Shown here piece after piece: positions 1 through 12,416 of a DNA stretch of 64,000 nucleotides. A program made the translations under genes and the position numbers. Source of the DNA: Octopus sinensis (Eukaryota). Below the pieces are notes generated by a model, which saw only the letters and a list, made by a program, of their open reading frames with translations, searched no databases and was not told the origin of the DNA. Where the stretch lies: NCBI RefSeq assembly GCF_006345805.1, contig NC_043001.1:25296001-25360000 (forward strand), read 5' to 3'. The first letter of the stretch is position 1. Each line of letters starts with the position of its first letter.

Positions 1-149
1 TGTCACTTAGCGGTTCGGCAAAAGAGACCGATAGAATAAGTACTGGGCTTACAAAGAATAAGTCCCGGGGTCGATTTGCTCGACTAAAGGTGGTGCTCCA
101 GCATGGCTGCAGTCAAATGACTGAAACAAGTAAAAGAGTAAAGAGTAAT
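1..149 (+). mobile_element. SINE family A, 3' half (cut by window start)
   Basis: Matches the 3' half of the full copy at 28067-28480 (gcggttcggcaaaagagaccgatagaataagtact...gtgctccagcatggc...gaaacaagtaaaagagt); ends in aaagagt repeats. Confidence 0.9.
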
Positions 150-409
150 ATACCTGATAGTTCTCATGAAGCAAGCCACTTGTAACTGACATTATTTGAT
201 GAACAAATGAGCAATTATATTTGTTGAAGGCTGCTTGTTATCTGATATATTTGGAACATATCTTTATTGATCTTGATTAACCCTAGCTTTTTCTCTAATT
301 CAACCTAAAACTTTCCCTGCCTTGAATTCAGTAGCATGACTTTCTCCTTCTCTCTCTTTGTCTCTCCCCCACCGCCACATCACTCTTGTCATATCCAATA
401 TCTATCCTG

Positions 410-560
410 TTAAAAGGGAATGTACAACATCATAAGGGAATTAATCTTCTTTCTCCCATTGCTTCTGTCATAGTGCACCAAAATCAAGTCAATAAAATAG
501 CATCCGGTAAAATCATTTGATTCAGTTTCAGTAAATGATAGCAGTTTGTCTCTCTTTAAT
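410..560 (-). CDS. Candidate phase-2 terminal exon (G)LKRDKLLSFTETESNDFTGCYFIDLILVHYDRSNGRKKINSLMMLYIPF*
   Basis: Acceptor tttctttccggctacctgctcttccctcag; 49 open codons in the phase required by the 4929-5049 exon. No homology check possible. Confidence 0.3.
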
Positions 561-764
561 CTGAGGGAAGAGCAGGTAGCCGGAAAGAAATTTAACAGTG
601 ACTTGTTGCTGATAGTTTTTTGAGGTTTTTTTTTTGTAACAATTTCTTAGTTCATTTGCAAAGCTGTTAATTGAGAGAAATGTTATATTGTATCACCTGT
701 TGCCATAAGAACTTTGATGAGCCTTAAATTGATGAGCTTCTTTTTTTTTTAATTCTTGTCGCAG

Positions 765-790
765 ATACTTTTACTTAAATATAATAATAG
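765..790 (+). CDS. Candidate 26-nt microexon (YFYLNIII, phase 2 to 1)
   Basis: T10-aattcttgtcgcag acceptor and AG|gtatgt donor; in phase with the 1277-1345 exon. Confidence 0.25.
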
Positions 791-1276
791 GTATGTGAGA
801 ATATTTGGATCCTTAAGATATTAGGGGTTTTTATAGTCTCTCCTATAGTTGCTTGCTGCAGGTTGAGTATACCTAAATATTGCTTTTTACTTTAGAATAA
901 CATTTGTATATTGTAAAATATTTTAATTTTTTCAAACTTTTCATATGTATTTATACATAAAACTCTTAACTGATCTTCTTTTCATACTTTGAAGAATTCC
1001 GTGAAAACTACATATTAAAACTTAACTCCTACTCAAACTTATACACGGGTTTGATTAAATTTTAGAAAGTTATTAAAATGGTGCTCCAGCATGACCACAA
1101 CCACATGGTTGAATCACATAAAAGGAATAAAATGAAATATTTTTTTCATTTTTATAATTCCATGTAGTTGATTACTTTTTTGCCATTTTATCGTGTTTCT
1201 TAATCAAACAAAATTGGAGAATATTTTCACCAGAATCAGGCAGGCAAGAATACTCAATTTATTATTGTTAGTTTAG

Positions 1277-1345
1277 GACCAATGTACTCTGGTCTTGACG
1301 ACTTATCTCAAGAAGTTCTTAATAAATTCAACACTATGGCTAGCT
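1277..1345 (+). CDS. Candidate 69-nt exon (G)PMYSGLDDLSQEVLNKFNTMAS
   Basis: gtttag acceptor, CT|gtatga donor, symmetric phase 1-1, protein-like composition; product not recognised. Confidence 0.3.
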
Positions 1346-1999
1346 GTATGATTATGTTTCTGATGTAGCTGCCACATAATATTCAAACTTTTTCAAAGGT
1401 ACATTATTTCTGTTGTTTTTGTATATAGAATATATTCATCAAAGAAACTTTGCACAGACTAAATTTAACTTCTAAAATATCTTTACCACCCACATTTGTA
1501 AAACACTGTAAATTTTATATTCTCTAGACCCTTTTATTAAAAGGAATTAATATTATTTATGCAAGATACTTTCACAAAGTTTATCAAAACATCTCAAACT
1601 TGGAATGAAATATGTATCATTTCATCTAAATAACCACCCATTTATTTACTAATCTAATCCTAAAATTTTATCATATTCTCCTTTTTTTATAACAATTTTT
1701 TTAGAATCACATTTTTTTCTCCCAACTCATTTTTGCAGAAACAAAATTTTCTTGTGACTCTCTTCCATAGTTTAAATTTTTCTGAATCAGCTATTTTTTT
1801 TTCTCTTATGACGCCTTAATTTGGAATGTATTTATCAGTTAGAACCATTATCATCTTGAAATATTTCTCAAATTTTTTTTATGCATTTGGCTATCTCATT
1901 AAATAAGAACTTCAGCTTTGATAACTATTTCATAAATAAATATATCATATTTTAGTTATTTGTGTGTTGCTATGCTGCTGCTGAGGGTGATGATTGTTG

Positions 2000-2095
2000 T
2001 TAGTACCTGTTAAGTACTGAGACTGATGTAATTGACTAACCCTTTCCTTTATAATTGCTGGCCTTGTTCCAAAATTTGAAACTATTATCATTATT
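2000..2095 (+). mobile_element. SINE family B (B2 type, ATT tail), 3' fragment
   Basis: agtacc..taagtactg..gatgtaattgactaacc...ggccttgt..aaatttgaaactattatcatt matches the 3' ends of other B2 copies. Confidence 0.7.
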
Positions 2096-2500
2096 GTTTT
2101 ACTTCTCAGAGCGCTCTGGATGATTCTGTGAGAGTGGGCAGCAACCTGTTGTCAGCGGTCTCACAGGGTCTCTTTCCACACTTTATAAGCTTTGATACTT
2201 GGTTGTTAATTACCATGGGAGACATTCAACATCCAAGTACCAATCTCAAAATTCTAGCTGTCACCAACAGAGCAGCTTTTGGGGCTTGCTCTGTTCTCAT
2301 GTCAATTCCAATTTCTCTCACATATTTCTCGAACTTGGTTATTAGTGCTCCGAGTGCTCCAACAACTACTGGAATGACAGACACTCTCCTCATATTCCAC
2401 ATACTTGCAATTTCGTCTTTCAGTAGTCTGTACTTTTCAATCTTTTCTAGTTCTTTGTCACTTATGCATGCATCCCCTTACCATCATCATCAATATCTAT
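2095..2500 (-). mobile_element. Dong/R4-clade LINE 3' fragment (restriction-like endonuclease C-terminus and 3' UTR)
   Basis: Minus 2465-2226 translates ISDKELEKIEKYRLLKDEIASMWNMRRVSVIPVVVGALGALITKFEKYVREIGIDMRTEQAPKAALLVTARILRLVLGC*, a typical R4/Dong RLE end; TAA/ATT-type repeats on both sides. Confidence 0.85.
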
Positions 2501-2789
2501 AGATTATTATTATTATCATCATCATCATCATCATCATTCAAAAGCTAAATGAGAGTGACAAGACTGGTGTGTGTGAATGGGCTTATCTTGAGTATTCTTT
2601 TTCATGTAGGAATAAAGAAAGTGGAAACAGGCACTTTTAATGCTTTAGAAATGATAGGGTAATCTGAGCCTTTCGTGTGAGATGGAGTGTGGGTTCCCTG
2701 AATTACCCTGCTGTTGGAGAACTTTTCTTGTTTGAGTTTTATTGTTATGCTTTTCATTTAAAAAATTTTTTTGATCAACATAAACCCCA

Positions 2790-3310
2790 CATTTTGTCCT
2801 TTTGCCTTGAGTCTTTATGACCATTTTAAAGTACCAGTTGAACACTGGGATCAATGTAATTGACTAGCCCCCCCTCCTCTCCAAAATTTTCAGACCTTGT
2901 ATCTATTGTAGAAAAGATTATTATTATTATTATTGTTATCATTAAGGCAAGCTGACAGAATCGTTAAGCACACTGGACAAATTGTTAAGCAACATTTCAT
3001 CCATCTTTACGTCCCAAGTTCAAATTCTGCTGTGGTCAACTTTACTTTCATCCTTTCAATATCGATAAGTACCAGTTAAGCACTGGGGTTGATGTAATCA
3101 GCTAGCCCCCCTCCCCACGAAATTCCAGGTTTTGAGCCAATAATAAAAAGGATTATTTTTGTTATTATTTGGATTGGTAGATTATTATTATTATTGGGGT
3201 TGATAAATTAAGTACCAGTGAAACACTGCGGTTGATGCAATCGCCTAGTCCCCTCCTCCAAAATTTTAGGCCTTGTGCTTTTAGTAGAAAGGATTACTAT
3301 TATTATTATT
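2790..3310 (+). mobile_element. Three stacked SINE B2 copies separated by (ATT)n tails
   Basis: Repeated aagtaccagt..cactgggg..gatgtaat..ctagccccc..ccaaaatt..gccttgt..agaaaggattattatt units; the middle copy (about 2945-3170) keeps its tRNA-like head. Confidence 0.8.
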
Positions 3311-3829
3311 TGATATGTTAGGAGGCATGGAAGAAAACTGCCTGCTACCATGCTGTAATATGAGTGTTAAAACATTTGTACAGGATGTGTTTATCGTAGC
3401 TGTTTTTCATATATTATGTGTCCATATTTAATATACATAAAATCATGCTGTGGCAAAACGGAACGTTTGTTGTTCATTATTTTGGTACACATGTTTGTTG
3501 AACTTTTTAAAATCCTTTATATTTATATACTCCTATGTGATGGTATGCAAACAGTGTTTAGTATGTAACTATAAAAGTGAAAATTTAAAACGTTTGTATC
3601 AATTTCAAACATGCCTTATTTAATGCATTATTTCTTTATTTTTTTTCAATATCTCCCAGTGAGGGGGATTACATTGAAATTAAATTTTGAAATTGGCCAC
3701 AAGAAGGACAGTAGAAAAAGCTCAGGGTTGACTTGAATATATTGCAAAATTGTTTCATTCCAAGTTCAAATTTCAGCAGAACCAACTTTGCCTTTAAATT
3801 CCCTACTAGTTATCAAATAATTACCAATA

Positions 3830-4045
3830 ATTGTCAGCATGTGACAGTTGTAAATGAGCGTCACCTTCATACAAGCAACGTTCTTTGTTTCCAACCATCA
3901 CTGAAAACGTGTAACCATGGGAAATATTACCCTGTTTGGAAACAGGTGAGAGTTGGTGTCAGGAAGGATGTCCAGCCATAAAAAATTTGCCTCAGAAAAT
4001 TCCATCTGACACATGCAAGCATAGGGAAAATGGACAATTAATGAT
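3830..4045 (+). mobile_element. SINE family G 3' part (RTE-like GAT tail)
   Basis: ggaaacaggtgagagttggtgtcaggaaggatgtccagccataaaa...catgcaagcatagg..gatgatga; also at 14140-14365, 18742-18960 and 51600-51750. Confidence 0.7.
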
Positions 4046-4928
4046 GATGAGGATGATGACTATATTGTCCCTATTGTAAAAATTTAACCTTGTGCTTAAT
4101 CAGGAAAAAAAAATCAATATTAGTCCAACCTATCTAAAATACAACTTTTCCAATAATAACTAATGTGTAGATTATAGAGTGGCTTGGCTTTTGTAAGAGA
4201 TTGTTGTTGAATAGTTCCTAGTCAATTGTGTTTAAATAAACCTATGGCGCAGTAAAAGCCAATAACCAATGTAAAAGTACTTTGTGAGTCCTATTTATGC
4301 AAGATATTTTGTATGTTTATTTGGCTGTGGCTGGCTATCTTTATTGTGGAATGAAATTTTGAACTTAAATGTATTGACTCTACCTTAAAGACACCAGCGT
4401 ACTTGTTGAGGGAGATTTAGCTGCCACATTCAGTTGATCAAACAACTCAATGACTTGATAGATGAACTATTTAGTGAATATTTCTAGGTTGTTCCTGCTT
4501 TTTGCACAAAGCATGAGACTTCTCAGAATTAATATTGCTAAATGAATGAATGACATAATGAGCTAAATTAGGACTATTTTATCACTTTCAACCCCAGATA
4601 ATCATATTGATGTAACACAATGTCCTTTTCTTTCATTGATTCCCTGGCACAATGAGACATAGAGATGAAGGGAAATATATTTTGGTCACATATTCTAAGG
4701 GGTTTATAACTGAATGACACTCTGTAAAAGGTATATAATGAAGTAAATTATTTCCACCATTCAGATCCAATACTCTGTACAGAAAAAAAAAAATTAAACG
4801 TTGAGAGTAATAATCTTCCCAAATTTCATCTACATGTAGTTAAAAGAAAACTATAATCCTTAATCAGTGTAAGTCATAAATCCTTTAAGCATGTTTATTA
4901 ATCATTATTGTTGAGTATGACAACTTAC

Positions 4929-5049
4929 CCACAACTGTATTTGTAATTATGTCCAGGATTCTGCTTTGCTTCAACAACGCCATTCATCTCCTTTTGGCAT
5001 TTGTACTGTGCACAGGAATAACAGGAATCAGCATGACACAATGAGATAG
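4929..5049 (-). CDS. Internal exon of a probable secreted Cys-rich protein: (A)ISLCHADSCYSCAQYKCQKEMNGVVEAKQNPGHNYKYSC(G)
   Basis: Strong acceptor attttccctctatttctacag and donor GG|gtaagt; 121 nt; only the phase-1 frame is open; 5 Cys including CYSC; unique, non-repeat sequence. Confidence 0.65.
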
Positions 5050-5204
5050 CTGTAGAAATAGAGGGAAAATATACAATGGCTTAATGAAACAGCAACTGAC
5101 ATACATTACAAAATGGTTATAGGGATAGAGGGTAAATATATTCTGGGATTTAATGAAACTGCTATAGAAACATGGAGAGAAAAGTACTATAGAAATATAC
5201 AATA

Positions 5205-5455
5205 TCATCATCGTTTAACGTCCGTTTTCCGTGCTAGCATGGGTTGGGTGGTTTGACCGGGGTCTGGGAAACCAGGAGGCTGTACGAGGCTCCAGTCTGA
5301 TCTGGCAGGGTTTCTACAGCTGGATGCCCTTCCTAACGTCAACCACTCTGTGCGTGTAGTGGGTGCTTTTTACGTGCCACCGGCACAGGTGCCAGGGGAG
5401 GCTGGCCGCGATCGGTTGGTGCTTTTTACATGCCATCGGCACAGAAGCCAGGCAG
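5205..5455 (-). mobile_element. Family C element (RTE LINE 3' UTR or RTE-tailed SINE)
   Basis: catcatcatcgtttaacgtccgttttcc.tgctagcatgggttgg...ggatgcccttcctaacg..aaccact with internal tttacgtgccaccggcac subrepeats. Confidence 0.9.
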
Positions 5456-5462
5456 ATATCCT

Positions 5463-5682
5463 TTCTAATAATGACACAAGGCCAGAATTTTTTTTTTGGG
5501 GGGGGGGGAATAGTCGATTACATCAACCCCAGTGTTTCACTGGTACTTAATTTATCGACCCCAAAAGGATGAAAGGCAAAGTCAACCTTGGTGGAATTTG
5601 AAAACTCAGAACGTAAAGATGGTCAAAATGCCACTAAGCATTTTGGCCAGTGTGCTAACAATTCTGCCACCTTGCCGCCTTA
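5463..5682 (-). mobile_element. SINE family B2
   Basis: Reverse complement has head ggcggcaaggtggcagaattgttagc, B-box-like gagtt..aaattcc and core gcctttcatccttttggggtcgataaattaagtaccagt. Confidence 0.85.
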
Positions 5683-5894
5683 TAGAAATACATAATATCA
5701 GCACAGAAATAGAGAGAAGTAACACAGTAAGACATAACAGATAATTAATATATTTATATAGTTTGCAATGTCGGAGTAAAATAAAGGTAAAATGACTTGA
5801 ATGTTTCAGTGGCCTTTCTGCAAAAATATTTTCAAACTGTTTATAACTGGACCCACTGCATGCATTTTGGCGTGCTTTGGAATAAGATATTTAA

Positions 5895-6100
5895 CCCTTT
5901 AGCATTTAAACTGGCCGTGTCTGACCCAAATACTCTACCTATTTTATGTTCAAACCAACCAGGTCTGGTTTTTTACACCTACTCTACAATGCCATTTTAA
6001 AATTAAATAGTCATTTCATGGAGATATCAAAGCTACAAGATTGAGCCTGATTAATTCAAAACGATGTAAATAAATAATCATTTGATAAAATTAATTTTTA
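5895..6100 (+). mobile_element. TTAA-flanked (piggyBac-like) MITE family 1, right end missing
   Basis: ttaa-CCCTTTAGCATTTAAAC start; body matches 36532-36737 and 61140-61323. Confidence 0.75.
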
Positions 6101-6119
6101 TTAATAAAATTGCCAATCT

Positions 6120-6590
6120 TTAATTGTGGAGGGAACACATGGAAGGGGTAGATCCAGGAAGATGTGGGACGAAGCAGTAAGAAAGGATCTTCAGATATTC
6201 GGCCTCACAGAGATATCAAGGGACTGAACTTGTGGTGGTTTGCTGTGCTTGAGAAGAGACATCAAGTTAAGTAAAATAACGGCCACCCATGCATATAGGC
6301 ATGTCCTCTACATACTTCTCTCGTCTGAGAGATCCTAGTCTTGTAGGTTTGTGGATGCTGGTACCATGCAAAAGCATCTGTGCCAGTGTCACATAAAGGT
6401 GCCCAAATTGATGTCATGTTAAATGCATCCAGTATACTCTGTAAAGTGATTGGCGTTAGGAAGGGCATCCAGCCATAGAAACCATGCTAAGACAGACAAA
6501 TGGAACCTAGGCAGCTCCTCAGCCTTATCAGCTCCTCTCAAACCCATGCCAGCATGGAAAAATGGACGTTAAACGACGACAACAACAAAA
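6120..6590 (+). mobile_element. RTE LINE 3' fragment with family C tail
   Basis: Encodes VEGTHGRGRSRKMWDEAVRKDL, the RTE C-terminal G.R.RGRP.K.W motif; followed by ttggcgttaggaagggcatccagc...catggaaaaatggacgttaaacgacgac. Confidence 0.85.
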
Positions 6591-7722
6591 ATATTTGTTT
6601 TCTTAATTTATCACAGTTTACTTATTTTCTTAAAGTTTTTTGACCAGAGATATAGTCATGGCAAAAATTTAAATACAAACCGTAACAAAAACTACTAGCT
6701 TGTTTCAGAATACCATTGTATTTTCTTTGAACTAACTGCTTCCACTTCAATTAAGCCAAAACAGTATGTAGTTGTTCTTTTTCTCATTTTATCTAACCGT
6801 AGCACATTGCCAGTGTTCACACATTCAAAATTAGTCTTGAACAAAAACAGATTTCCTAGATTACTATTTACTGAATAAATAATATGTCCTTTAAAAAGAG
6901 TTCAATCGAATTAGTTAAGACTCTGGAATGTCTGATATTTTTAATATTTTAAAATCTTGAATGGTTCATTTATATGCAGACATTTTGGACAGCATAGGTT
7001 TTATATACTAACATTTTTTTTTAAAGTACACACATTAGCCTTGTTTACAAGGGAATTGTAAATGTGAAGCATTTTATCATATGCCAACAGTTCTCAATTA
7101 CACTGAAATAACTTGGGTATTAAGAGAATTAGAAAATTGCTTTTAGTTCGGTCATCGAGAAAATAGTTTAAACAGAAACATATTAGAGTTGGTAAATGTG
7201 CTGGCACCCTGATAATATTTTTCTAGACAGTTGCCTTTGTTCAAAACTATAAGACATTTTTTGTTAACTCCCTGAAGCCTAATGTAATTTCATAAATGTC
7301 CTTTCGGACTTGTGAATTTTTCTAACTTTCAAGGTGTTCTCACTTCCAAATCATTTTTCTCATTTGCTAGAATATATTTCTCTTGTGTTAATTTAAGGTA
7401 AAAATGTAGGCAGTAAAAAAATACTTACAAATTTTACCCTTTTAATAATTTAGTCTGAAAGAAACAATCTTTGCCATTCTCCCCATCATTTCTCTTATTA
7501 TGTAATGTTCGTCTGATGTTGGTATGAAAACAAATATTGGGGATGTGTGTATGTAATCAATTTATAAAATACTAGATCTGAAATTTTGATTTCTTTTTTT
7601 TTTCTTTAAATATTTTACTGTCCTTGTTTGCAAGAAAGAAGGTATTCCCTATTTTCTATTTCTACCATTAACATGGGAACCTTTTTACTGCCTTCTCACA
7701 ACCCATTGCTCTTTATTTTCAC

Positions 7723-7724
<2 letters not shown>

Positions 7725-7809
<85 letters not shown>
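7725..7809. repeat. (TA)n microsatellite, about 42 units
   Basis: Direct reading; forms the tail of SINE D. Confidence 0.95.
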
Positions 7810-7812
<3 letters not shown>

Positions 7813-8060
7813 CGTGACCAACCAGGCTATCAGATGTTGCTACACATAGCTGGTCACAATGCGCTTCGCTAAGCGAGCAGGCCAACAGAAAAATGAGTGA
7901 GAGAAAGTTGTGGCGAAAGAGTACAGCAGGGATCGCCACCACCCCCTGCTGGAGCCTCGTGGAGTTTTAGGCGTTTTTGCTCTATAAACACTCACAACGC
8001 CCGGTCTGGGAATTGAAACCGCAAGTCCTCAGCCCTAACCACTAGGCCATTGCACCTCCA
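7810..8060 (-). mobile_element. tRNA-derived SINE family D with RTE-type tail
   Basis: Minus strand: tggaggtgcaaTGGCCTAGTGGttagg (A box), GGTTTCAATTCC (B box), core actctttcgccacaactttctctcac, tail gcattgtgaccag..acatctgatag shared with the LINE at 59394. Confidence 0.85.
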
Positions 8061-9174
8061 CACACACACACATATTGCTCACAAAATAAATACTAGCATG
8101 CTTTATTCACATAATGGTATTTATCAACATTTATTTATAATGATTGTAATTAACCGATAGAAAATTGGTTGGATTAAAATTTAACAACAAGAAAATGGAG
8201 ATATAAATATCCAAAGAGCAAACTACTAAATGTTATTACCGAGTTAGTGAACAAAGAGAACAAGCATGTGTTAAACTAATTATCTGAAATACATATTGTT
8301 TTTAAAAAATGACTAAAATTTCATTTTTCCTAATATTTTTATATCTAGCTGTACATCAGTCTTTTAAGAAGCTATTTTTATCACCACCATTTTTAATTTT
8401 TTCATTTTATGTTATTTGTTCTAAAGTTAATTGACCATTCTACTAATTTATAGTTTCTGATTAAATTGTAATATTCAGCTCAGTCAACCTCTATTAGTAT
8501 TTGTAATTTAATGGAAAGTTTTATGCTTGATAGTTTGTTAACATAAAATAATCTAAAGAGTCAATTTAAGCGAGAGAGAAAAAAAAACCTTTAGAGATTT
8601 TTATTTACCATATCACTATCATGGTGACTCATTCTGAGATATGCAAAGGCCAGCTGACTTTCTTTGGGAACTGTGGGTAGGGGTAATCTTCTCCTTAAAG
8701 GTAAACAACTACATAAGACAGTATTTTGGCTTTTGCTCACTTTATAAATTTTAAAATGATTAAATATTAATCCATATTAACACTTGATACTTATCTCCAA
8801 TGTAACATTTTTTAAGTTAGTTTAACATAGTTAGTTTCAGAGTTATTATTTAACCTCAGGTCAGCCTTAATTGAGTAGACTTATGATCAAAAGTGTTCTA
8901 GCCATGACCATCCCATCATATTATCTAGATTTTTTTTTTTTTTTTTTAAAGGGAGTAAGACAGACTAGTTTTATTGAGTTGAATGACAGTATAGGGGGCT
9001 CCTTTGTTGGTTAGTTGTGATAATTGATGTGAGCAAAAAATAAGGCAGCAATTTAATGAATTGGAAACTATGAAAGATGAAAACAGCTATGAATGAAGAC
9101 AAAATCTGAGTTCATAGTTTGGAAAACAAACTGAATGAGAAGCTACCTTGGGAGCCCTCTACAAGATTGTTCTT

Positions 9175-9492
9175 CCTGCTATAACTGGCACACTGTCAGT
9201 TACGATAAGAGTTCCAGTTGATCCAATGAATGGAACAGCCTGCTTGTGAAATTAATGTGCAAGTGGCTAAGCACTCCACAAACACATATACCCCTAACAT
9301 AGTTCTCAGAGAGATTCAGCATGACATAGCATGTGACAAGGCTGGCCCTTTCAGCTACAACTCATTTATGCTGGCTGAGTGGACTAGGGCAACAAGAAAT
9401 GTGGTGTCTTGCTCAAGGACACAACACGTCACCAGGAATCAAACTCACGACCTTACGATTGTAAGCCAAATACCCTAACCAGTAAGCCACAC
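9175..9492 (-). mobile_element. tRNA-derived SINE family E (V-SINE-like core)
   Basis: Minus strand: gtgtggcttactggttagg, gagtttgattcc, tgtgtccttgagcaagacac; second copy at 56335-56655. Confidence 0.8.
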
Positions 9493-10264
9493 ATCTTTTA
9501 CTTGCTCTATACAGCAGTAATCAATATGTAAACAACAATCAGATTCTTAATTACTTTGTAAGAGAGAAATGTATGATTCTGTTAGTCTAAATTTATGAAG
9601 AACACTGATAAACCATAAACATCTGTAATTTATTCAGAGTGACTTCTGTCTTGAAGGTGACAAGAAAATGTTCAGACGTACTAACACCAATATCTATTGT
9701 ATTATATCAAATTTGAGAAGCACATGAGGATTTATATATATATATATCTTTAAGATTAACCAACATAATCAAGCCTAGAGGCTTGTTTGTTTTTCAGCCA
9801 GGAGTGTTGCTGCATTTTTGTTTACATATTTTTTAAATGATGTATAAGCTAGATGGGTAGGATACTGGATATCTAAAATGCACTTTATTTTTGAAATGTG
9901 GAAAAAAAAAAACTGTCATAGAAACTGGTAGTAAAAGAACCAAACTATGAGGCTCTGCTTTTACTTAATACAGTATATAGGTTTCTTCAGTGGACTTATT
10001 TCTCTTTTTTGTCCTGAACTAGTGCTTATATAATATCTAATATCACTTTACATTAAAATCATAATAGTTAATTCATTCTTAATAAATAGGCTACAATTAT
10101 TATTAGTTGTTTTTTTTTACATAGTTCAGTATTTGTTCAGTTGAAATAAAAATATTAACTTTTGTATCAGGATAGCAACATTTTGCTGCTTCCTTTATCT
10201 AATTTTGCTTAACTTGAACTGTGTTCTAATCTGAAGAGAAAATCATAGTTTAGTCAACCTGTAG

Positions 10265-10314
10265 ATTGGTTTACAATTTCTTGCATGGATGAAGGAAACG
10301 GTTCTGGGTTACAC
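10265..10314 (+). CDS. Candidate 50-nt exon (Y)WFTISCMDEGNGSGLH
   Basis: Strong donor AC|gtgagt, weak acceptor; phase 1 to 0 fits between the 1277-1345 and 12922-12945 candidates. Confidence 0.2.
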
Positions 10315-11864
10315 GTGAGTGTGAGTCATTATAAAATGCGTGATATGTTTACTATTTAATCAAGAAAGTTTTTAATTTCTATTAAATGCTAAGTTATTAT
10401 TAGTAAAAGTGATTGAATGTAATTTGGCTGAGAAATGTGATATTCTGATATTCCTTGCACGCAAGAGGATTGAAAGTGTACAAGTAAACACAGACTTGGC
10501 CCAATTAAGAAATCACTCTTTCAACTTGAAGCCATCAAAGTAAATTAAATGAATATCTCTCAGCAGAGACTATCTAAAATATAATTGAGTGCAAGTCTAA
10601 TTATTATGCCTAAACATTTGTATAAGCACATGATTTAATTTCACCATTCATAATGAAATGTCAGTTATTTTTTGATATCACTTGACGTAATCCAAATAAA
10701 AATGTGCTTTGGCATAAAAGTGTATGAGATCAGAATCTGATATGTGGATATTTGGAAGTTCTTATAGAAGAATCATCCTTGACATTTTGCCAATGATTCC
10801 GTCTAGTTTCAATCCTTCCAGTGAGACATCATAACCTCTGATTTTTATATATTAGCATGGGTTGGATAGGGGTTGCAGTATGGCTTGAAGCCATTCTTCA
10901 AAATTCTGCATTTTCTGTGAGTCCCAACATCTCTAAATCTTCACCTTGCTATCTTCCTATGTCTGTCTTAACCTGTTTCTGCTATGGGCACCTTCTGCAA
11001 AATTAAATGCCTTGACATTTAAATTATTGCACAAGAATAATTTTAAATGACTGAAGAAAAATTTTTAAACTTTAACTACTCATTTGCTGACAGCATGTAT
11101 ACATAGGTGACATTTTCGAAATTATTGTCTGTAACAAGTAATTTTATTTCTTTGGAAATAACTTCTCAGTACAACAGATACAAATTGTTATTGTGACCGA
11201 TTATAAAAACACACAACAGTATTTAAATTTTCAAAGTCAGTAAAATTAATGATGGAAAAACTAGCTGTTCAGTCTAGAAATGTAGATCTCACAAAAAATT
11301 TGTCAATAGGTATCTAGTTCAAAGTAGTTTCACTTGTTGAGACTAGAAAAATTAGACAGCTTTTCTCTGCAACAGTTGAAGTATGTAGAATATATATGTG
11401 CCTGAGTAAAGAATGATTAAGTACACATCCAGTACAATTAATGTGGAAGTTTGATACATTTTACTTTATAAAAAAATTGATACATATTTATGTATATTTT
11501 GTTAATGTTGGAAGTAATTCTAAACTAGTTATTCTTGTAAACTGAGGAAGTTTTAATTTCTAATGGTTTTACTTTATCCTGTTAATGTAAATATTTCTTC
11601 AGCATTTATATACCAGTGCACAAAATATATGCAATGTTGTTTATTTTTGAATTCACATCATAGCATCCTCTTATATGAATTTTTTTAATAACACCATAAA
11701 GTATAATCAAAATCTAAGTCAGAAATCTTAGACTCTTAGAAATGTTGTTTTCAGTATATATTGACAATAAATCTTTTATCTTTTACTGGATTTTGTTATT
11801 GGACTGCAGCCGGTTTCATCAAACAAATCAACTTCAGTATTTATTTTTAAAATCTGGTACTTAT

Positions 11865-12112
11865 TCTCCCAGTGTCTTTTGTTGAACTATTAAGTTAGGG
11901 GGTATAAACCAACCAACACCAGTTGTTGAGCATTTGGAGGTAGACACACACACATTCATAGCAGACTTCCACAATTTCCATTTGCCAAATTCTCTCACAA
12001 AGGTATTGGTCAACTCAGGGCACCCAAGGTGCTGCACAGTGAGATTGAACCTGAAGCCATATAGTTCCATAGCCAACTTCTTAACCACACAGTCATGCCT
12101 GCCTGCACCCGT
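11865..12112 (-). mobile_element. Old, degenerate SINE family A
   Basis: Decayed match to the A head (cccaaggtgc..cacagtgagattgaacc...cttaaccacacag.catgcc) and body. Confidence 0.7.
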
Positions 12113-12184
12113 ATGTTTTTGTTTTACATATGTAAATGAGCTGCTCCTTACACGTGTGTACTACAAATACTAGATAGGATTTCT

Positions 12185-12416
12185 TATTTCTTTATTGCCC
12201 ACAAGGGGCTAAACATAGAGGGGACAAACAAGGACTGACAAAGGGATTAAGTCGATTACATCGGCCCCAGTGCATAACTGGTATTTAATTTATCGACCCC
12301 AAAAGGATGAAAGGCAAGTCGACCTTGGCGGAATTTGAACTCAGAACGTAGCGGCAGACAAAATACCTCTAAGCATTTTGCCCAGTGTGCTAACGTTTCT
12401 GCCAGCTCGCCGCCTT
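12185..12416 (-). mobile_element. Young SINE family B1 with 19-bp TSD
   Basis: Full head-to-tail copy; aatactagataggatttct at 12166-12184 and 12417-12435. Confidence 0.92.

Noticed and set aside
2128-2502. 124-aa plus-strand ORF
   Set aside because: It is the antisense of the Dong/R4 RLE coding fragment.
7422-7455. 26-nt minus-strand microexon with good splice sites
   Set aside because: Stops in all three frames; no support except the splice motifs.
7628-7942. ORFs with IYIYIY runs (also 40783, 51420, 52691, 53028, 59074)
   Set aside because: Translations of (TA)n, (TG)n and (GA)n microsatellites.
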